Source: a virus
Taxonomy: Duplodnaviria > Caudoviricetes
IMG/VR virus record: IMGVR_UViG_3300025528_000026
Location: 1 to 32,248 of that record
Direction: 5' to 3' (one strand)
DNA: 32,248 bases
Part shown: positions 1-7,708 of the stretch, one piece after another
How the letters are laid out: each line of letters opens with the position of its first letter
Numbering within the stretch: position 1 is the stretch's first letter
Program-made: the position numbers and the translations under genes
The notes under the pieces: model-generated
What the model was told of the DNA's origin: nothing
Seen by the model: only the letters and a program-made list of their open reading frames with translations
Database searches by the model: none

Positions 1-190
1 CACCGTTCGGGTAGATGACGCCGGTCTCGGCGTCCTCGACCTCGACCTCCCACACCGCCGGGCGGCCGCACACGTCACGGTGCCCGACCTGCTCCGGCCG
101 GATGGCGACGGAGCACACGGTCCGGTCGGTCGTGGTGCCCCACCGCAGCAGCCCGGCGCGCTGCTCCTCCGACATGCCTCGGAGACTCAT
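1..190 (-). CDS. Hypothetical protein (runs off the left edge)
   Basis: ATG at 190 overlaps the upstream stop (ATGA); reads MSLRGMSEEQRAGLLRWGTTTDRTVCSVAIRPEQ... open to position 1. Confidence 0.6.
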   Translation of the reverse strand, partial: MSLRGMSEEQRAGLLRWGTTTDRTVCSVAIRPEQVGHRDVCGRPAVWEVEVEDAETGVIYPNG

Positions 191-519
191 CGCGCGTCAC
201 CGCCTCCCGGCAGGTGAGCCCACACGTCCCACAGCAGCCCATTCGCGTCCGGCTCGGAGCTGCCCCACCGGATGAGGTGGTCTCGGTAGGTGACCGGCCC
301 GGTCAGGCCGAGAGCGCGCACCATCGCCGCCGCGGCAGCGCGGGCGTCCGGGCACTGATCGTGGCCGAAGGAGAGCGCCACCACCGGGGGGCGGATGGAG
401 ACCTCGGTAGGCACGGGCGCGCCGCTGTCGATGGCAGCGGTGAGGCGCCGCCACATGCGCAGAGCGAGAGCGTCGGCGGTGGCAGTGTCAGGCGAGTCCT
501 GTACGATCTGGTCTGGCAT
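187..519 (-). CDS. Hypothetical protein, 110 aa (MPDQIVQDSP...)
   Basis: AGGAGG SD about 7 nt before ATG 519; C-terminal part of ORF 187..960; ATGA-coupled to next gene. Confidence 0.7.
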   Translation of the reverse strand: MPDQIVQDSPDTATADALALRMWRRLTAAIDSGAPVPTEVSIRPPVVALSFGHDQCPDARAAAAAMVRALGLTGPVTYRDHLIRWGSSEPDANGLLWDVWAHLPGGGDAR

Positions 520-956
520 CGACGGTCCTCCTTGGGTTCGCGTCGGTGTCGGGGCCCTAGCCGATGGGACCGGCTGGGGCTCTTCTGTTACTTGGGCCGG
601 CGCCGCCCGGTCGTCCCCCCAAATCCGCCGAGTGACGGTCTGGGCCCGGGCGGCGCCGGTGGCTTGGTGTCGGGCAGCGGGCCGACAGCTGATGCAGCGA
701 CCCACGCCGCCCGACGTCTGTGCCGCTGGCGGGTGATTCGTGAGGCCACTGTTCAAGCCCGTCCCGGCACATCTCCGGGCACCACGCCCCGCCAGCGGCG
801 GTCTATGGAGTTGTGGGCCAGGCCCGGCCCCGCCGAGGGAGATGGATCTCGACGGGGCCGGGCCGAGCGCGGGGGTCGCGCTCACCGCGGGCGCGTCGCG
901 GCGGCCGATCAGGCCCGCCCGCCGCCACCACCCCTCGACCAGCGGCGGGCGGACGG

Positions 957-1106
957 TCACCGGCCCTTGGGGCGCGGGATTGGCCCGTCACAGCAGGCGC
1001 GGCATTTCGGGCTTTTGCACCGGCCCTCGGGGCGCGGGATGGGCACCGTCGGCGGCTTCGGCACGCCGTCGGGGTCGGTGCCGTTGATGGGCTTGTCGTC
1101 GCTCAT
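957..1106 (-). CDS. Small Pro/Cys-rich peptide, 49 aa
   Basis: ATGA overlap with cro stop; MSDDKPINGT...PIPRPEGRCKSPKCRACCDGPIPRPKGR. Confidence 0.45.
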   Translation of the reverse strand: MSDDKPINGTDPDGVPKPPTVPIPRPEGRCKSPKCRACCDGPIPRPKGR

Positions 1107-1333
1107 GCGGCCACTACCTCTCGTTGGGTGACAAAGAAAGCCGGCGGGAGATCGAGAGCCGCAGCGATGCGCTCCAAGTCTTCGATCGAGATTTGGCGCT
1201 GGCGACGCATCCGGCGCCGGACCCATGTCTCGCTCACGCCGATGCGCTGGCCCAGCTCCGTCGGGCTGATCTCGCGACGCGCCATCTCCGCTCGGAGCTG
1301 CGCGGCGGCGAAGTCGGCTAGGCTCTGGGTCAT
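1103..1333 (-). CDS. cro: Cro-like XRE-family HTH regulator
   Basis: 76-aa XRE HTH (SPTELGQRIGVSETWVRRRM...LERIAAALD), divergent from the repressor. Confidence 0.85.
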   Translation of the reverse strand: MTQSLADFAAAQLRAEMARREISPTELGQRIGVSETWVRRRMRRQRQISIEDLERIAAALDLPPAFFVTQREVVAA

Positions 1334-1340
1334 GGAGCTA

Positions 1341-1448
1341 AGTCTTGGCTAATCGAGCCAGACTGTCAAGCTGAGAGCCAGATTCGGTCCCACTTTGCCG
1401 GAGGTTTCACTTCTTGGGTTGACATCCTGGCCGTTTTGGCCAGAGGAT
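1341..1448. promoter_or_regulatory. Divergent promoters with 17-bp operators (YTGGCY-N5-RGCCAG)
   Basis: TTGACA on minus strand 1364-1369 and plus strand 1419-1424; operators TTGGCT-AATCG-AGCCAG 1345-1361 and CTGGCC-GTTTT-GGCCAG 1427-1443 lie just downstream of each -35; extra half site AGCCAG 1376-1381. Confidence 0.75.
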
Positions 1449-1896
1449 GGCTGACATGACACCGCAGCAGGTAGCTAGCCCGGACGGGCTCACGGCACAC
1501 GTCGCATCCGAAATTCGCGCCACGATGGGCCGGCTCAACGTCAAGCGCGCCGAACTGGCACGCCGCATTGGCGTCGAGGATTCGTGGGTCGGCAAGCGAC
1601 TCAACGGCCGCACTGAGATCAGCCTCACTGACCTTGACCGGATCGCCACCGCGCTGGGTGTCGGCATCGTCGATCTACTCCCCCGTGACCGCCGCCAGCA
1701 GGTTACTGGCTGGTATCCGACGACCGTCTCCGGCACCGTGCCGCACCCACGCCACCCGATCGTGGCCGGCGCCGTACCCCTCGAGGAGATCCGCCACGGC
1801 GACGCCCGCCGCGAGCGGCGCATCGGCCGAAAGGTTGACGCCGCAACAACATCCACAGAGCGAATTACATCCATGTCGTTCGCGGCGACGGCCTAA
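1447..1896 (+). CDS. Immunity repressor, XRE HTH (start may be ATG 1456, leaderless)
   Basis: KRAELARRIGVEDSWVGKRLNGRTEISLTDLDRIATALGV HTH; C-terminal tail ending FAATA; directly upstream of integrase. Confidence 0.85.
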   Translation: MADMTPQQVASPDGLTAHVASEIRATMGRLNVKRAELARRIGVEDSWVGKRLNGRTEISLTDLDRIATALGVGIVDLLPRDRRQQVTGWYPTTVSGTVPHPRHPIVAGAVPLEEIRHGDARRERRIGRKVDAATTSTERITSMSFAATA

Positions 1897-1907
1897 GGGA
1901 GGATCTC

Positions 1908-2777
1908 ATGTCAACTCCCGGTGGCCAGGATGTCGCCATGAGTGATCTTCTCGACCAGTACATCGCCGTACTGCGATACGAGGGAGCGCGCCCCTCCACC
2001 ATCCGCGGCCGCAGGCGCTGCATCCTCCGCCTGCACGACGATCTACCCCACGGGGTCCTCTACGCCACCACCGAGCAGCTCCAGGCATGGCTCGCCTATG
2101 AGCGGTGGGACCGGTGGACCAAGTACACGTACTACAGCCACCTCGCCGCCTTCTACGGCTGGCTCCAGTCCAGCGGTATCCGTGGCGACAACCCGATGGA
2201 CGGCATCCGCCGACCCAAAGCGCCCGCCTGCGTCCCCCGCCCGGCCAGCGAGGACGAGATCCGCCTGGCCCTACAGGCACCGGAGCCCATCCGCACCGCC
2301 GCCATGCTGGCCTACTACCAGGGCATGAGGCGGGCGGAGATCACCGCCTGCTGCCGGCAGCACATCACCGAGGAGGTGACGGTGATCCCGGTGGCCAAGG
2401 GCGGCGACCCGCAGACGGTGCCCACCCATCCGGCCGTGTGGGAGCACGTCCGCGACCTGCCCGACGGGCCGGTGGTGACCGAGCGCGGCGGCCAGCCCGT
2501 GTCGCCTGACCGGCTCAACACGCTCATCCGCCGGTGGGCGCAGCGCGCCGGGATCGCCCAGCCCGGAGACCGGTGGGGCCTGCACCGGCTGCGCCACGCC
2601 TTCGGCACGCAGGTGCAGCGCCTGGGTCGCGACATCCGGGTGACCCAGGAGTGCCTACGGCACCGCTCCATCAGGTCGACGCAGATCTACACCGCGGTGA
2701 CGGACGAGCAGCGACGCGCCGCCGTCGCACGCCTGCCCCGGATAGAGCCTGAGCGGGACGCCCGGCCAGCGCTCTAG
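1908..2777 (+). CDS. int: Tyrosine integrase, short (no obvious arm-binding domain)
   Basis: Catalytic R (GMRRAE), K (AKGG), HxxR (LHRLRH), H (LRHRS), Y (TQIYT); GGGAGG SD; 289 aa. Confidence 0.93.
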   Translation: MSTPGGQDVAMSDLLDQYIAVLRYEGARPSTIRGRRRCILRLHDDLPHGVLYATTEQLQAWLAYERWDRWTKYTYYSHLAAFYGWLQSSGIRGDNPMDGIRRPKAPACVPRPASEDEIRLALQAPEPIRTAAMLAYYQGMRRAEITACCRQHITEEVTVIPVAKGGDPQTVPTHPAVWEHVRDLPDGPVVTERGGQPVSPDRLNTLIRRWAQRAGIAQPGDRWGLHRLRHAFGTQVQRLGRDIRVTQECLRHRSIRSTQIYTAVTDEQRRAAVARLPRIEPERDARPAL

Positions 2778-2805
2778 CGTCGCCGGTGAGCGGGTGGGAC
2801 GTCTG

Positions 2806-2830
2806 GTCGCGGAGCCGTGGCATCCGCGAC
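2806..2830. terminator. Hairpin between convergent genes
   Basis: GTCGCGGA...TCCGCGAC stem between int stop and 2841; no U-tract. Confidence 0.35.
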
Positions 2831-2840
2831 GGCGACCAGC

Positions 2841-3248
2841 TCACGGCAGGGCCGCCCAGAGGCACACCGCGGGATGGCCGTCCAGCGCCTCGTCCTCGAT
2901 GACGGCCCCGTCGACGGCCAGGCGGCATCTCACGGGCCGGCCGTCCGGCCAGCCGGGCACGACCAGCACCACCGCCTCGATGCCCCCGCCCGGGCCGCGG
3001 ACGACGTGGAGGTCCTCCGTCCAGCCGGTCCCCGCGGTCTCGATGCTCGGCGCGACCGGTGTGGGGGTGGGCGTCGGGCCGGTCGCCGGCATAGCGGAGA
3101 TGGGCTCAGGCAGCCGGACGGCCAGGGACAGCGCGGCCGCGGCGACGGCGACACCCGCCACCACCCAGGGCAGCCTGGCGCGCCAGCGGGGCGGAGGCGC
3201 GGGCGAGGGAGGCGGCGCGTCGAGATCGATCGGTGTAGTCAGCGTCAT
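2841..3248 (-). CDS. Membrane-anchored protein, MmpS-like (paralogue 3)
   Basis: N-terminal TM, Pro/Thr linker, AVVLV..CRLAVDG..E...GHPAVCLW; ATGA-coupled. Confidence 0.75.
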   Translation of the reverse strand: MTLTTPIDLDAPPPSPAPPPRWRARLPWVVAGVAVAAAALSLAVRLPEPISAMPATGPTPTPTPVAPSIETAGTGWTEDLHVVRGPGGGIEAVVLVVPGWPDGRPVRCRLAVDGAVIEDEALDGHPAVCLWAALP

Positions 3249-3634
3249 GCCTGCACCAGCAGCGGCTCAGGCGCAGGGACGGGCACCTCGGCCTCGCCCA
3301 CCCACACGCAGACCGCCGGTTGGCCGGGCTCAGCCTCGCCGGTGACGACGTGCCCGGACACCACCAGCCGGCATGTGGCGGGCTCCGGACTGTCCCATGG
3401 CGGCTGGACGACCAGCACCACGGCGGCGGTGCGCTCATCCGGGCTGCGCACGACCCGCACATCATGGCCGGAGCCGCGGCCGTCGACCTCGATGCTGCCG
3501 AGCGGCGGCGGCTCGGCGGACCGGGTCGCGTGGAGCAGCACGCCGATGACGGCGAGTTGGCTGGCGATGGCGACGGCGACGATGCACCAGGGCAGGAGAC
3601 GCAGCCAGCGTCGGGACAGCGCTTGGTGGGTCAT
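3245..3634 (-). CDS. Membrane-anchored protein, MmpS-like (paralogue 2), 129 aa
   Basis: MTHQALSRRW..., TM, AVVLV..CRLVVSGH..E...GQPAVCVW; ATGA overlaps at both ends. Confidence 0.75.
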   Translation of the reverse strand: MTHQALSRRWLRLLPWCIVAVAIASQLAVIGVLLHATRSAEPPPLGSIEVDGRGSGHDVRVVRSPDERTAAVVLVVQPPWDSPEPATCRLVVSGHVVTGEAEPGQPAVCVWVGEAEVPVPAPEPLLVQA

Positions 3635-4068
3635 GCCGCTGAGAGTGACAGACCAGCGGCCGTGATCGCCACCCCTGGCTCGATCCATACGCAGACCGCA
3701 GCGTGGCCGTCGCTGCCCTCGTCGACCACCTCGTGCCCGTCGACGACGAGGCGGCACGTGGTCGGCTGATCGTCGGACCACGACTCATAGACCAGCACGA
3801 CCGCGGTGATCGCCTCGTCGGCGCCACGGAACACATTCGGGCCCTCGGTGTAGCCGTCGCCGGAGTAGTCGATGCCCCGTGATGTCGCCACCGGGGTCGG
3901 CTCGACTGGCGGAGCTACGGCGACCGGTGGCGGGATGCGGATGATCAGGGCGGCCACGGCCACAGCGAGCGCGAGGCCGGCAACCACCCACGGGATGCGA
4001 GCGCGCCAGCGCGGGGGTGGAGGCGGAGTCGGTGGGGCGTCGAGGTCGACCTCGAGGACTGTGGTCAT
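3631..4068 (-). CDS. Membrane-anchored protein, MmpS-like (paralogue 1), 145 aa
   Basis: MTTVLEVDLDAPP..., TM, AVVLV..CRLVVDGH..E...GHAAVCVW; N-terminus nearly identical to 2841..3248. Confidence 0.75.
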   Translation of the reverse strand: MTTVLEVDLDAPPTPPPPPRWRARIPWVVAGLALAVAVAALIIRIPPPVAVAPPVEPTPVATSRGIDYSGDGYTEGPNVFRGADEAITAVVLVYESWSDDQPTTCRLVVDGHEVVDEGSDGHAAVCVWIEPGVAITAAGLSLSAA

Positions 4069-4171
4069 GCCGAGCAGAATGCCACGGTCAGTCAAGCTCG
4101 GCGAGGATCGCCCGTGCGAGTGGGGGTTGCGGCCCGTTTGGGGCGGCCGGACGGACCCGGCCACCCCAGAG

Positions 4172-4804
4172 TCACGCCTCCCAGGCCTCAGAGAACTCCC
4201 GGTCGTGGAACAACTCAGCCAGGCCGGTGATCTGTCGCAGGCGCAGCACCTCGTCCGGCTCCATCCCCAGCTCCCGGCCGATCTTCTCGTCGTCCCAGTT
4301 CCGCCGGGCAAGATCGAGCACGATCTCCGACATGGCGTCGACTTGGTGCACGCCACGGGCGCGGTTGTGCCGGATCGTCGCCGCGATCCGGTCTTCACGG
4401 GCCGTGCGCTCCGCATTGATGACCGAGATTGGTAGCCGGCCCCGAACCCGCTTGCGCACCGCCCCCACCTCCTTGCCGACCCGGCTGCGGTGAAAGCCGT
4501 CCACCACCTCGTACCGGTCGCCCTCGACCGGCCACGCGACGACTGGCTGGGTGTAGCCGTCGGACATGATTGACAGCTGCAGTAGCCGCATCTCCGGCGG
4601 CGCGACCACGTTGGGGTTGTAGTCGTTGGCCTGCACCCGCTCGGCGGGCACCCACAGTACGCAGTCCACCGGCTCCCGGCGCATTGGCGAATGCTTCCGC
4701 AACGCCAGCCGGATCTCATTGATGACGTTGATTCGCTCATCCTCGGGCAGCGAGTCGAGCTCGGCGAACAACTCCCGGGCACGCTCCACAATGGACATCG
4801 ACAT
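4172..4804 (-). CDS. ibrB: ParB/Srx-like domain protein, IbrB/YbdM family
   Basis: ANDYNPNVVAPPEMRLL..SI..DGYTQP, VVDGFHR, IAATIRHNRARG, C-terminal HTH and FSEAW. Confidence 0.88.
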   Translation of the reverse strand: MSMSIVERARELFAELDSLPEDERINVINEIRLALRKHSPMRREPVDCVLWVPAERVQANDYNPNVVAPPEMRLLQLSIMSDGYTQPVVAWPVEGDRYEVVDGFHRSRVGKEVGAVRKRVRGRLPISVINAERTAREDRIAATIRHNRARGVHQVDAMSEIVLDLARRNWDDEKIGRELGMEPDEVLRLRQITGLAELFHDREFSEAWEA

Positions 4805-4814
4805 CGAAGTCTCC

Positions 4815-5039
4815 TCAGAACAGGGTCAGGTCAGGGGGGTTGGGCTCGTCTGGCCAGTAGCCCCGGTAGTAGACGTCATGTCCCTTGCGGAACCGACGTA
4901 TCACTCTCCCGGCGGCCACCATGCGCTCCAGCGTGATCACCACCTCATGCAGCGGTGCATCCACGAGGGCGGCGATCACCGATGGCACCAGCCCGGGCAT
5001 CCGGCCCGGCAGCGCCACCCACAGGCGGCGCTCATCCAT
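4815..5039 (-). CDS. Small winged-helix-like protein
   Basis: IAALVDAPLHEVVITLERMVAAGRVIRR..YY pattern; overlaps GNAT stop. Confidence 0.6.
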   Translation of the reverse strand: MDERRLWVALPGRMPGLVPSVIAALVDAPLHEVVITLERMVAAGRVIRRFRKGHDVYYRGYWPDEPNPPDLTLF

Positions 5040-5424
5040 CGCGCGCTACCCGGGTGAACGCGCCCCGGGTGCTGGTGACGGTGAAGCCCCTGGCGAGCAG
5101 GGCCGGCAGGCTCGCCGTGGTACAGGTGGCTCGTATCGCCCGGCCGGCATAGTCCTCCAGCCGGGCGTCGAGCAGCCGCCGGTAGACGCCGTGGCGCCGC
5201 CACGCCGGCAGGGTGTAGGCGGACTGGAGCTGCACCCACGAGCCCCTGTCGGCGGCGGCGGCGAAGCCAAGCACCATGCCGTGGGCCATGCCCACGTACC
5301 ACACCTTGCCGTCGTCGTCCCAGATCGGGCCGCCGACATCGGCCACGATCTCCCGCCGCGACAGGTACGGCCCCATCAAGGAATAGAAGCCACGGCTCTG
5401 ATTCGTCATGCGACGAATCGTCAT
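5032..5424 (-). CDS. GNAT-family acetyltransferase, 130 aa
   Basis: AYTLPAWRRHGVYRRLL acetyl-CoA motif A and LLARGF motif B; ATG 5424 overlaps the ibrA stop. Confidence 0.8.
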   Translation of the reverse strand: MTIRRMTNQSRGFYSLMGPYLSRREIVADVGGPIWDDDGKVWYVGMAHGMVLGFAAAADRGSWVQLQSAYTLPAWRRHGVYRRLLDARLEDYAGRAIRATCTTASLPALLARGFTVTSTRGAFTRVARDG

Positions 5425-6635
5425 ACCATCAGGCCCCACTCGTGCCTCCGCTGTCGCATCAGTCGCCGGTATCGCTCGTAGGCGTCGCTCTTCTGCGGCG
5501 AGAATGTCAGGCCCTTGCACCAATAGTCATTGCGCAGCAGGGCCTTGCAGATCCGCGTCCACGACGGGACGCCCTTGGCCGACGCCGGCCCCTCATCCGG
5601 GATGCCATCGGCGTACCGGTCCGGGTACTTGACTGCGTACCACCGCAGGAACACGGCGATCTTGTTGCGGTAGTGCTCGGCGGTCGGCGGAGGCATCGAT
5701 TCCAGCAGTCGCTCGGCGAACTGCTGCCATGTCAACCCATCCGGCTTGGTGATCTTGATTCGGCCGAGGATGTTGCCGGACTCCCGGGCATACAGCGCGC
5801 CCTGGTTGGCGCCCGCCACCCGAGCAACCACCCGCGACCACGTTTCCGGCTCGATGACGTGGAACAGCCACAGTCCCTTGCGCTGGTCGTCCCCGTACGG
5901 CTGGCAGATCCGCGCCTGGTGGATCGTCAGCCCGGCCTGGTGCATGCGGTCATACAGGCGGTTGTAGGGCCGCTTCTCCCGCCCGTAGAAGGTCCAGACG
6001 TCCTCGGTGGTCCAGTCGTAGATCGGATAGACGTTGTACGTGGGGCCACCCTTGACCCAGGTGGTCCATGGCAGTCCGTCGTAGCGCTGCTTGGTCGTCG
6101 AGGCGATCGTGCGCCACCGGTTGAGGCTTTCCGCCGTGCGGATGGCCACGAAGCATGCGGTGAGCTGTCCGCCGCCGTACCAGTGGCCGAACGATGGCAC
6201 GAACTCCTCAAACTCCATGCGCCGCCGGAAGAACGGGAAGAAGCTCTCGTCCACAATGGACGACGGGTGCGGCTGCCGCACCCAGTCCTCGCGGCGATCG
6301 GGGTCCCAGCACATCCAGTGAGTCTCGAACTGTGACACTGCGTTGCGTAGGTTGAGCGGCAGCGCCACCCAGTACCGATCGATCACGTCGGCGTGCCGGT
6401 CCAGTGCGTCGGCTATGTAGTCGATCGTCAGCCTGTACTGGGCCTCAAGGTCGACGACCAACACGCCGATTCGCCGGCCTCGCCGTCGTGCTTCATCGGT
6501 GACAAGCTCCAAGACCACGCCGGAGTCCTTGCCGCCGGAGAACGACACGTAGATCCGGGGGAAATCGTCGAATACACGAGAGATGCGCTGTCGGGCGGCG
6601 GTCAGGACGTCGACTCCGAGCCATCGCTTGGCCAC
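5421..6635 (-). CDS. ibrA: PAPS-reductase-like PP-loop protein with DUF3440-type C-terminus, IbrA/YbdN family, 404 aa
   Basis: SFSGGKDS PP-loop, IRTAESLNR, YPIYDW, RICQPYG, LLRNDYWC; GTG 6635 with GGAGGTGA SD. Confidence 0.88.
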   Translation of the reverse strand: MAKRWLGVDVLTAARQRISRVFDDFPRIYVSFSGGKDSGVVLELVTDEARRRGRRIGVLVVDLEAQYRLTIDYIADALDRHADVIDRYWVALPLNLRNAVSQFETHWMCWDPDRREDWVRQPHPSSIVDESFFPFFRRRMEFEEFVPSFGHWYGGGQLTACFVAIRTAESLNRWRTIASTTKQRYDGLPWTTWVKGGPTYNVYPIYDWTTEDVWTFYGREKRPYNRLYDRMHQAGLTIHQARICQPYGDDQRKGLWLFHVIEPETWSRVVARVAGANQGALYARESGNILGRIKITKPDGLTWQQFAERLLESMPPPTAEHYRNKIAVFLRWYAVKYPDRYADGIPDEGPASAKGVPSWTRICKALLRNDYWCKGLTFSPQKSDAYERYRRLMRQRRHEWGLMV

Positions 6636-6958
6636 CGCGCTCTCACCTCCTCCTCGGTGAGATCCACGATCTCGCCCTGGTCTCCGACTGCGACAAAGCG
6701 GCGTACCGTCCGCTCCCAGCCGACCTGGTGGGATACCTCGTACACGGAGCCAGGGGACAGCACCCACATGTAGTGGACACCTCGGGTACCGGACCGGTTG
6801 GCGTAGGTGTGGTCGATGGACGGCCGGAGGAATCTCCGCGCGAGTCCATACCGGGGGTCCGGGCCGAGGATCTCGGCGCACCACGGTCGCGGTGCCCGTA
6901 GCCCGTTGCGTCGGTTGGGTCGCCAACCGACGCACTCCACGTACAGCGCGGCCCTCAT
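6602..6958 (-). CDS. Hypothetical protein in ibrA operon, 118 aa
   Basis: ATGA-coupled start; RPWCAEILGPDPRYGLARRFL...ANRSGTRGV...GSVYEV; overlaps ibrA start. Confidence 0.75.
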   Translation of the reverse strand: MRAALYVECVGWRPNRRNGLRAPRPWCAEILGPDPRYGLARRFLRPSIDHTYANRSGTRGVHYMWVLSPGSVYEVSHQVGWERTVRRFVAVGDQGEIVDLTEEEVRARWPSDGSESTS

Positions 6959-7164
6959 GCCGACCGCCGCCGGGGACGCCCCGGTGCCCCTCGCCCTGGC
7001 CGACTGGCCAGCCACTCGTCGAGCTGCTGGCGCGTCCAGACCGGCTGGGCGTAGCCGCCTCTGATCTCGCGGTCGATGGGCTTGGGGGCAATGCCGCGTG
7101 CGACGTCGGCGGCCCGGCCGCGTTCGCGCCGCACCCGTTGGTGTATCGAGTCGTACGACATCAC
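6955..7164 (-). CDS. Small basic DNA-binding protein, AlpA/excisionase-like
   Basis: APKP...PVWTRQQLDEWLASRPGRG motif; coupled at both ends. Confidence 0.6.
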   Translation of the reverse strand: MMSYDSIHQRVRRERGRAADVARGIAPKPIDREIRGGYAQPVWTRQQLDEWLASRPGRGAPGRPRRRSA

Positions 7165-7355
7165 ATCTCACCTCTAACGATCCGTCGCACCATCTCCCGG
7201 GTGTAGCCCGTCGCCCGGACGATGTCGACCTGGCGCAGCCCTGCTGCGTGAGCAGCGCGGATCAGGTCGGCGAGCCGCGGCCGGATCTCGTCGAGCTCGG
7301 CTTGCAGTCGCTGTCTGCGATCGCCGAGCTCGCGCAGCTCCTCTGTGATGCTCAT
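7161..7355 (-). CDS. Small HTH DNA-binding protein
   Basis: IRAAHAAGLRQVDIVRATGYTREMVRRIV HTH after a coiled coil; probably leaderless (CATACT 6 nt upstream). Confidence 0.8.
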   Translation of the reverse strand: MSITEELRELGDRRQRLQAELDEIRPRLADLIRAAHAAGLRQVDIVRATGYTREMVRRIVRGEM

Positions 7356-7357
7356 GT

Positions 7358-7379
7358 CAACAGTATGGCATAGCTGTTG
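7358..7379. promoter_or_regulatory. Inverted repeat over the -10 of the leftward promoter
   Basis: CAACAG-TATG-G-CATA-G-CTGTTG; minus-strand CATACT at 7362-7367. Confidence 0.55.
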
Positions 7380-7423
7380 GCCTACGGATTCACCCGTTCG
7401 TTCCTGGGAACTGACCGAAAGTA

Positions 7424-7465
7424 CTACCCGTAGGCCTAGACCTAGGCCTACGGGTAGGCTATACT
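7424..7465 (+). promoter_or_regulatory. Rightward promoter inside a perfect 16-bp-arm palindrome
   Basis: CTACCCGTAGGCCTAG-AC-CTAGGCCTACGGGTAG 7424-7457; TAGACC (7437-7442), 17 bp spacer, TATACT (7460-7465). Confidence 0.7.
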
Positions 7466-7708
7466 GGTCTCAGACAACAGAACAGGGGAACGGCCCAACC
7501 GCCCGGATGGATACGGAAGGCAGAGCGGTCCCAGAGATCAGCCGCCGGGCCAAGTACCTACCGAATAGACGACCTGAGACACACCCCGGGAGCAGCGCGA
7601 CACCGCGCCAGCCGCGACCGCAGCGCCCCGGGGGAGGCGGCGAGGACATCTCCCCAGCGCGCTCATACGCGCCGCCGCCACGGAGCCCCGCCCAACGAGC
7701 GGGGACAC

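Noticed and set aside
2841-4068. Paralogous repeats as a diversity-generating retroelement or shufflon
   Set aside because: No reverse transcriptase in the window, no adenine-specific TR/VR pair, and all copies are in the same orientation without inverted crossover sites
5421-7091. Long N-terminal extensions in the ORF track (5421..7091, 3631..4791, 21515..22984, 28527..30254, 23644..24453, 7345..7962)
   Set aside because: They overlap other well-supported genes or regulatory regions; SD sites and stop/start coupling indicate the downstream starts used here
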